Part shown: positions 54,431-64,000 of the stretch, one piece after another
Layout of the letters: each line of letters opens with the position of its first letter
Position numbering within the stretch: position 1 is the stretch's first letter
Assembly (NCBI GenBank): GCA_012295275.1
Contig: CM022672.1
Location: forward strand, 10,974,001 to 11,038,000
Reading direction: 5' to 3'
Source: Chrysomallon squamiferum
Lineage: Eukaryota > Animalia > Mollusca
Length of the DNA stretch: 64,000 nt
Program-made: the position numbers and the translations under genes
Notes under the pieces: generated by a model
What the model saw: the letters and a program-made list of their open reading frames with translations, nothing else
What the model was told of the DNA's origin: nothing
Database searches by the model: none

Positions 54431-56011
54431 CCATCACTTACAATGTCGGCCATTTTGGGGCCACAGTTTATCAAAACATGGTATCAGTCACTAATGAAAC
54501 TTTATTTTACAACTGATGGTTAATACTAATACAAATATTGATAATTTGGCAAATTTTGTCTTTTGTTCAAACCCACCTAGACAAGTAATCGGTCACTTTT
54601 CCATGGAAACCATTCATGAGAATGACTGATTAGGGTTACATGCAGGTTTACCTTACAAATGGCAATCTGGAAGAAAATTAATTTTATTGACTTTATTGAT
54701 GTTTCTTTCTAAATTTGACCTTCTGTGGAATGTTGCCAAAAATAGCCATGACTGAAGTGGGCAGTATGACAGTTTGAGATCAGATTATTATGTTAACTGT
54801 TTATTAACATTCTGCATATTAAGTGTATTTTATGAAATTTAAATTATTTTTCAGTTTAAATCTTCAAACTGAGAAGAGTTCAGAGAATAAAAATGTTGTA
54901 CTAATGGACTTATCATCATCATCATCATTATCTTCATTATTATTACTATTATCATCTTCATTATTAGCATCATCAACATTATAACTATTACTGTTAATTC
55001 AGTAATCACAGTAACAACTACTACTTCTACTATTATTACTGTTGCTACTGCTGCTTCCACTATTACCACTGATATTATTATTGTTATTATTATTACTTTA
55101 AAAAATAACAATATATTAGATTATCTTTCTTCTTTTTTTAAATTTATTATTTAACATTTTTATGAAAAAAAGAAAGAGAGTAATTTTGTAATTCACGAAT
55201 TCCTCCATACCTAATTGGAGAACCAACTTCACGAAATCAACTTAACTTGATTACCTTAAACTCGTTAAGCAGTACGCTTCAGACGAACTTCACTTTTTAA
55301 TTTAAAATTACAAAACACAATAAGTTGATTTACAGCAGATAAAAACTGCTTGGTAATTGGCCCCTACTGCACACGTGCACCCACGATTGAATCAGTCGAA
55401 TTAGATAACTCTATTTAGTACAACAAAGGGAAATATAATTTCATTAAATTCACGAGATGCAGCCACGACTGCTAATGAACTGACAAATGCACAAGTTTGA
55501 AGTTTAGTAGTCACTGTTCAGCCTGTGAGGAGACGAACACTTCAATTAGGTATTTTGAAAATTTTGTTACTGAGCCATATGGCCCAGGGTTGAGAAAAAA
55601 CATGCACTAAGTAAACAGAATAATAAACCGCAAAATGTGTTTTGTTTTGAACGGAATATATTTGTGTATGTCTAATAGATCACATGAAATCCTCAACAGA
55701 CATTCAAATGTGATCTTAATTTGTTCCCAACATTAAATTATACCCTAAGCACTATATACAAACATTAAACAGTTTTTTTTGCTTTTTAAGAGATCTTATA
55801 ATATTCCTAAATTAAACAGATGTTAAGTTTGACCCCATGCATTAGAATTAAAACAAAAAAAATTAAAATATTATTTTATAATTTAAAATACAGGTTTTAA
55901 AGAAGACAAATAGTTTTATCTGTTTCAAATGTAGTTCTACAGTCACTTGAAACTGGAAGCAGATGAACTGTTTGTATTTTTCTGCTTCTCCTTTTATTCT
56001 TTCTTTTTCTG

Positions 56012-56013
<2 letters not shown>

Positions 56014-56073
<60 letters not shown>

Positions 56074-56158
56074 ATTTTCTGTGTGTTTTTCTTTAATTGT
56101 ATATTGATGTTTAATTACAGTGTATTTATGGTGCAAACTGTATTAAAAGAATATTTAG

Positions 56159-56248
<90 letters not shown>
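56014..56248. repeat. Two (TC)n microsatellites
   Basis: Directly visible at 56014-56070 and 56162-56248. Confidence 0.97.
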
Positions 56249-56251
<3 letters not shown>

Positions 56252-59200
56252 AACGCACACACACACAGACATATATTACTTAACTGAATGTTTTGATAGT
56301 GTCTGGTCAGGGCTAATTGCGGAATGTGGACTTTTTTTTTTATCCTCAATTATCCTTTGTATACAAGACAAACAGTGTTGCTTATAAAACAATGGAGTTT
56401 TATTTATTTTAACTTCTTTAACATTTCCAAATATCCTCTGTCTCAAAGTACACAATGGCTATGTGTTTTGACTTACATAACAGTGCAGACCAAATACTGG
56501 CTTTTGACAAAGTTTTCTTTCATAATGCTAACATATCATCCATAATATTCTGAAGACGTCTGTGTATCATAGACTTCATTTATAGAAACCTAAAAATATG
56601 AGAAAGAAGAAAAGAAGTCACTTAATAAAATGATTTATAATGTTATAAAAGATCTTAGGATCTTAGGATTGTCCACAATCTTTGAAAAATGGAAATTCAG
56701 CTTAATTTTTTTCACATAATTTATCTAAATTCCACTAAAATTACGAGAAGAAAAGAAAACGAGATGCATGTTTCATTTTTTTTTTTTTTTTTTTTTTGTT
56801 GTTGTTTTTTTAAAATAAATTTAAAAAATTAAAAATTATCTTTTGGTTAAAAATATTTTTTTTTTTTTAGATTATGTTTGAATATGAATGTTATTTATTT
56901 TGTTTTGTTTTGTTTTGTTTTATTTTATTTATTTGTTTTTGCAATTTAAAGTTTTAAAGAATTTCTAAACAGAAAAAAATGTTGTGTCCAGTAAAATTAT
57001 TTAAGAAGTAAAATTCGCAGTTTATAAATATAACTGTATATTCTCAATAAGCTCTATTTTCTTTTATGTCTTTAAAAAACATTTGAATAAAAATAAAAAA
57101 TACTGGATTGGTTAAAGGTTATATATTCTTTATGATAATAATGAATTTCTGAATATTTGGAATATTTTTATAAATAATTGTTTTTGTTCATGTTTTATTT
57201 TATTTAATTTTTTATTTTATTCTAATATTATTTTGTTTTCAAACAATGAAACTACCACGAGTAATTCCATGTTGCAAAATTCTCTACAGAAAAAACAAAA
57301 AGTAAAGAAAAAAGTAAAAAAGAGGAAGAAGGAACTAAAAAACACAAAAGAATTAATTTTGTAGAAATAATCATTTATTTTTGTTCTTCCAACATTTTTT
57401 TTTGTTTTTGTTTAACCAAAACGAACATTAAATAACTAATCCAGCATTATTGATTTTTTTCTTCTGTATTTTACAAACTATTTCCTGTCGCCTCTCCCAT
57501 TTTTATTACATGTGTGTCTTTTAATTATTTCAACAGCTTCAAAAATCAATACCTCACCTTATCTAGCACCACTGATCATAGGAATTGCTAGGCTTTTATT
57601 AATATAACTGAAAGGAATTTATCAAGAGCCCATTTCTAGTTGTAAATGGTTGTTTTTAGTAATGGTTGTTATCAGAATTCACAGCAACAGATTTCATCGG
57701 CAGGAATAATTGCCTTTTTATTATCATTCATTTTTCTCTTTCCATGTGGTATTAAACATTTATTACAACTGAAGAGAAAAAAACTGTTTTCTAATCCATG
57801 TCTCATTAATCCCTCTCTGTTCACCCTCTCTCTTTTTTTTCTGTCCTTTTTTTCTCTTTTCTGTTTTTCTTCCTTTCTCTCATTCTCCTATTTTTCCTTT
57901 TCTTCTCTCTAATTCCCTTTCTAACCTCTGCCTAAAATAGATCTTACAGCATAATAGAATTTGACAGTATTCTGCATAAACAGACATCAAAAATTTAAAA
58001 TACAGGTTTTTGATCAGAAAGAAAAAATGGTTTAATTGAAGGGAATGCAGTAGTTTGTAATTTTATATGTATGCTCTCTCTCTCTTTTTCTCTTTTCCTA
58101 TATGCACAATACACACAATATATAAAAATGTCCAAGATTCTCACAAACACACATGCAATAGTTAAAATCAAATTGAAAATTTATCTGTAGAAACATATTT
58201 TTACAGCAACAACCACAGTTTATGAAATGATTTTTCTTTTTCTCAATCTCAAAAATAGTTTTTTTTTTATCTTATACTTTTTTTCTTATAATTCTAAATT
58301 TTTATTAGAAAATAAAAAATTCCTTGTACATTTTTATTGTGGTCTTCTCTAATAGCCTATCTCTTCTAATTATTTTTATTTTTATTAAAACATTTTCCTG
58401 TATTATTGAACTGTGATGCAAAACAGATTAAAAGATGAAGTTTTAATCTCTTTTAATTATCAGTGAATGAAGTATTCTGCCATCTTGTGCTTCTGGTGTA
58501 TACAAACATTTATTATTATTTTCATTAATAACATTATTTTCTTATTATTTATCATTATTATTAACTGATTAATTTATTTGTTTGTTTATTAATTTGTTGC
58601 TATAAATATTAATATTTTTATTGTATCATTATATGTTTATTAATCTATTTAATATTTTTATTATTTATTTATTAGCATTATTACTATTATTTTTACTTTT
58701 ATTATTTGTTATTTTATTTTATTTTATTTTATTTATTTATTTACTTATTTATTTATTTATTTATTTATTGTTGAGTTTTTTTTTTATTAGTATTACTATT
58801 AATAAATCTGTTAATTAGTTTATATAATTTTATCTTTTTAAAAAAAAAAATGTTTTCCTTATTATTATTATTTTTTAATAAATTAATACAAATAATTAAT
58901 TGTTCACTTGTCAGTTTGAATGAACATGCAAACATTTAAGATGAAAAGACTGTTTATTAGAAAAGCAGTGATAAAACTGCTGTAGTCAATAAACACATGG
59001 AACTGCAGAAAGTCAAATCTATTACTCTCATTCATCATCATGTCAAAGCATAATCAAATTCCCAGGACAGACAAGAATTTTATTAAATTTAGGAAAATCA
59101 TAAAAGTCTATAATTATGTCACACATTATTAATCTCGTACCATATTTTGTCAAACGCTCTGAAATATACTGAGCAAAAAAAAATATGGATCGTTGCTTTT

Positions 59201-59369
59201 CACCGTCATCATTTGATTTCAAAAGATTTGACTGGATATAATCTGCTAATTATTATCTAATAATATTTAGTTTATATAATAATTAATTTTTTTTTGAGGG
59301 GGATGTATTTTGTTTAAAGGTAAATGAAATGTTTCTGTCAATCCCAGAATAATTTATGGATAAAATAAT

Positions 59370-59373
<4 letters not shown>

Positions 59374-59419
<46 letters not shown>
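59374..59419. repeat. (TG)n microsatellite
   Basis: Directly visible. Confidence 0.97.
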
Positions 59420-59420
<1 letters not shown>

Positions 59421-61359
59421 ATGAATACTGATGCATTTAATTTGTCAGACTTTGTCTTTCAAATGACATTTAACATGAATATTTTATTTTGTCATAATCA
59501 CTTGATGTTGCCAGAGACACATAACTCTAATTCCTGAATAACATATACACATCAGTTTCTTAAATTTTAATTTTATACTCTAGATGCTAATCAATATTAT
59601 AACCTATATATTTTATGTGTGTATATGTATATGTTTGCATGTATATTTATATGCTTCTCTGTGTGTGTGTGTGTGTTTGGATGTACATGTGTTTTTATGT
59701 GTGTGTGTGTGTTTGTGATTATGTGTGTGTTTATATATGTATGTATGTTTATATTTTTATTAAATGTGTATACATACTTATTTATTACATAAACACTTAT
59801 TTTTTTAAAGTGAAAGAAAAAAGGTTACTGACACTTTCATTTACAAAAAAAAAAAAAAAAAAAGTTGACACATTTATGCATGAGATATCTTGCTGAGTTT
59901 GAAACACCACAGACAGAAGAACACGGGATCAGATCATTTTAAGCTGATTAATAACATTTTTCATTCATCAGAACAGTCAGAACTAATGAATACGTGACAG
60001 AGTTCACTGGCTGTTTCTTTCACTTGTTTACCTGACAGTGTTTTAGAAACATCTTTCTATTCTGTCAGATCTTTAATCATTATCTCCACTACTGAGTCAA
60101 GAATACATCAGAGGTTGTTATTTCTGGTTTATTTTTATTTTTTAACTTATTTTTATTTTTATTTTTTTAATTTATTTATTTATTATTATTATATATTTTT
60201 TTGACAAATGATTCATTAAATAGAAATCCATTACTTCTTATGTGTTTCAGTTAAAAAAGAAAAAAAAAAAAAAAAAAGGGAAATCAATAAAAAAGAAAAG
60301 AAGAAAACAAGATAAATTGACAATTTTTATACCTACATACAATATAAATGTAAGTAACTATGATATAACTGAAAATGTTTGAAGCACATGTAGCAAGTAA
60401 TGATGATGACAAATAAAATAAAAATAATAAAAATGTTATTTATTACTTGTCTTGTGAACAAATTTAATATAACTGAAATTGTCTGATACAGAAATAAAAT
60501 TTTAAAATACTTTTTATTGATAAATATTAATAATAATGAAACAAAATATGCCACCCATACAATTTTGTATTTATAGTTTAACTTGTTAATACATTTGATA
60601 CAATTAAAAATGATATTTTAAATAATAATCATAATAATATATACAATAAAAATAAATATTAAATAAATGAAAATAATGCATCCAGATTTTTATTTATAGC
60701 ATAACTTGTAAAACAAATTTGATAATAACTGCAAGAAAATGTCCATGGTAGAGCTTCTATAGAATACTTGACTGCAGATCAATAAAGGTTATTTCATTTC
60801 AAAGAAACACCGTCTATATTTGAAATGAAGAATGTGGGTGTTAAGATGGCTATCAATTCTTGTCTGAAGATATTGTTTAATTACCAATCCTTTCCCATCA
60901 CAGGAAATGCAAATGGCTTCTCATTCTTTCTGTTGTCCATGTTGCACTCTTCAATAAACCACTGAGGTTTCTATGCAACCAGTGCAATATCCACAATTCT
61001 GAAAAAAGCTATATTTCAGCTTCATATTGCTTTGCACACATGAGAAGAAAAGAAAAAGTACTAGAGGAATGCGATATCAACATTTCTGGAAAGTTATCGT
61101 TGCAGGAATCAATAATATTACTAATTTGTTAAGCTGAAAGACATGGCCAGATTAGCTGAAGGGTTGTAATTTCAAACAAACAAGATAATTTCCTTTGTCT
61201 GCCTGAGAATCAGTCAAGTGCTGTCTGTTTGCTAAATTGTCAGTATTAAATGTATTTTCTGGATAGAATCATATATCATTTGTTTGTTTTGGTCTTTTTT
61301 TTTTCTTTCTTAATGCCTGTTGTTCAAACTCATTGGTCATGTAGATTAATGTCTGTTGA

Positions 61360-62290
61360 TGCATTTATGAACCAGTCTGTGTATGATCCAGATTTGATAT
61401 CTGTGTGAATTTTGTTTGGCAAATGCATGACACTGAATATATATACTGAAGACAGAATCATTTTAGATTGTTAAATTTGACTGTCAAACACACTAATCAT
61501 ATAATTTAATATTCATTATTATATTTATGAAACAGTATCTGTATGATATAATAATCTGTTATGTGAACCTTTTCTGCCATGTGTAGACAACAGAATCAAT
61601 TTACCATTTTTTTTTTTCTTAATACTAGTTGTGTAACATTTGTCATCCATGCCAGGACAGTTTCTTTTCTTTTTTATTACATTTATAAGCCAATATGTTT
61701 ATGATACAGCACTGAAATCTCTATGTACCTTGTTTGGCAAACACAAGATCCTGAATTGATACTGAAGACAAAATCAATTTATCATTCTTCTGGTTTTTAA
61801 AAAAAATTTATTATCATCATATTTATCATTCATGCCAATTTTGTTTTCTAAAATGTCTATGTATGTATATACAACACTGAAATCTCAATATACCTTGATC
61901 AACAAATACACACACTGAATTTATCCTGAACAAATAACTATTTTATATTTTATTTAATAGTAAATGTCTAACCATTTTGAAAATACATGCCAAAGTTTGT
62001 GATTATTTCTCTAAACCAGTATGTTTATGATACAATACTGAAATCTCTGTGTCTAACCTTGTTTGGCCTGTACATGACACTAGACTTATACTGAAGGCGG
62101 AATCTTTTTATCATTACTTTTACACAGTGTCAATTGTCCAAAACACATCAGTCATAAAGATTAATGATTCTTATAACATTTATGAACCAGAAATTGTGTG
62201 ATAAAACACTAATATGTTTTATGAATTCTGTATCCAAATACTGGAAACTGAATTTATATTGAAGACAAAATCATTTATTATTGTTTTTGT
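61360..62290. repeat. Old satellite-like array, about 165-bp period, about 6 copies
   Basis: The unit CATTTATGAACCAGT.TGT.TATGATACA.CACTGAAATCTC..CCTTGTTTGGCAAA..ACACTGAAT..TACTGAAGACA.AATC starts near 61362, 61522, 61680, 61847, 62009 and 62177. Confidence 0.75.
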
Positions 62291-62299
62291 TTGTTAAAG

Positions 62300-62540
62300 C
62301 TACTTGTCTAAATACTTTTAATCGGTGTGCTGTTACATTTGTGACTTAATGCATATGTATTGTTTTGGCAATATTTTATTGATTATTTTTCTTTTTTTTC
62401 CTAGTTAATTGTCTAAATACTTTGGCAATATTTATCATGTTTTCATACATAATTAAGAGAAGTTAATTGTCTAAATGCTTTCACCATATTTTATCATGCC
62501 TTTTTTTGTTTCAAGTTAATTGTTTAAACACTTTTGCACT
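62300..62540. repeat. Degenerate repeat with a unit of about 55 bp
   Basis: AGTTAATTGTCTAAATACTTT..ATATTT(T)ATCATG occurs 3-4 times. Confidence 0.7.
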
Positions 62541-64000
62541 ATTGTATAAATATAAAAATCCTAATAGAAATCATTAGGCACTTGATGTTTCAGGAAAATT
62601 TCAAGTCTGATCTAACCAAACAGCAACTCTGTATGTCTGAGAAATCCATTTACATTTTTCAGCACTTCATATTTTTGTTGTCTTTTTTGTTGTTGTTTTT
62701 TTTTTTTTAAATTATTTACTTAATTTGTTAATGGTCATGAAGTGAAGAGTAAACATTTTAAAAACCCAACAAATTTAATTAAATTTTTTAAATGCGACAA
62801 TACAAGCACATCTTCTCTCAAATATTTTCACAGAGATTACCAAGCGTTTGCACTCTTCACATTAATATTTAATCGCCATTTTCCATGTGGTTTTTTAAGG
62901 AGTTAATTTATTGATCGGCCATTTTGAATTCAATACAGTTTTAAATCACAGTCTTCTCCAAGTCATATTATATTTACAGTTTGATTTTGTGTCAGTCACC
63001 ATTTGTTTTAAGATTTGGTAAATGTTTGTAACTGTTAACAAAAGAAAATTTGATGAAGAAAAAAACCTATTATTTCATTATTTATTCAAACACAAAACAC
63101 TTGGACTCAGCTGTTGTAGATCGAGGATTAAAATTCAGACAGAATGTGAGATCAAATCTCCTCAGAGTCTTGCTGATTGTAATATAATGTTACACATAAC
63201 ATCTGCAAGATTTTTTGGGAAGTTGTAACTGGTACAGCTGAAGGATCACACTTTCATAGTGACCTGTAAAACACAGAACCAAAAATCCCCCCCAAAAACA
63301 GAGAAAGTATGGCAAGTTTAAATTTAATAAAGGAAAATATTACAAGCATATCATTGACTAGATTGGTAATATAATATTCTTAAATGACTCTGTAACAATG
63401 TAATTTGGTTTTATTGTTATTGTTGTTGTTGTTTTTGGTAGTAGTGGTGGTATTAATATTACTACTACTACTACAACTACTGCTCTATTAGTAGTAATAA
63501 ATTGCTATTCTTAATATTATTTTCCTATTTTTTGTTTTTATATTTTAAAAAAATTTCTTTTTCGTGATTTAAGTTTTCTAATCACTGCTCTACCTGCTAT
63601 TTTTGGCTTGTTCTAGCCATTTCTTTTTAAAATGATACCTTTCACATGAACACTGTATTTTGTTATTTTGGTTTCCAATCTATCATTATTAACTTAGACA
63701 GGTTTCTTGTAACTAACTGATAGTTTTCATGCTGTGCTACTTGTTTCAGTTTCTTCAGACACGAAAATGCAACTGTAAACTAACTTTTATTTTCTTCTAT
63801 AATTACAGCATAGGAGCTGAATTGTGCTAAGCCTCTTGTTTTGACTTTTGGAATACAAAAATGCAAGATTTACTTTTTGTTTTGTAATCCTAACCTAACA
63901 GAAGGATCAGGATAAGCAACTTTTTTCTGTTTCTTCAGAAATGAAAATGCGAATATAAGCTAAGTTATATTTCAATAATAATAGCTTAGAAGATGGATAA

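Noticed and set aside
54851-55111. 86-aa hydrophobic ORF
   Set aside because: It is degenerate triplet repeat (ATT, ACT, ATC) with no exon support.
59928-59949. TCAGATCATTTTAAGCTGATT resembling bantam miRNA
   Set aside because: The seed is mismatched, there is a 2-nt gap, and there is no complementary arm for a hairpin.
60027-60070. Minus-strand AACACTGTCAGGTAAA resembling miR-8/miR-200 in a short hairpin
   Set aside because: The ends do not match the mature miRNA and the stem is short and bulged. A partial match of this length is plausible by chance.
60793-60830. TTCATTTCAAA..TTTGAAATGAA 11-bp inverted repeat
   Set aside because: It is short and AT-rich, and expected by chance at this composition.

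Overview
This is an AT-rich, microsatellite-rich animal genomic window, probably from an invertebrate such as a mollusc (inferred from composition and gene content only). The left 38 kb holds five intron-containing genes, which I reconstructed exon by exon with consistent reading-frame phases. They are SMG7 (minus, 3' end runs off the window), a COG3618/L-fucono-1,5-lactonase-like amidohydrolase (plus), ZDHHC16 (plus, with a U12-type intron just after the DHHC motif), MED28 (minus) and TMEM127 (plus). SMG7 with the amidohydrolase, and MED28 with TMEM127, form two head-to-head pairs. The right 26 kb has no supportable CDS. It contains a Tigger-type MITE, degenerate tandem repeats, a perfect 49-bp inverted duplication, nuclear-receptor and E-box motifs including a perfect ERE palindrome, and candidate non-coding exons. 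Most ORFs in the supplied track are microsatellite artefacts. I found no evidence for a wholly new biological system.
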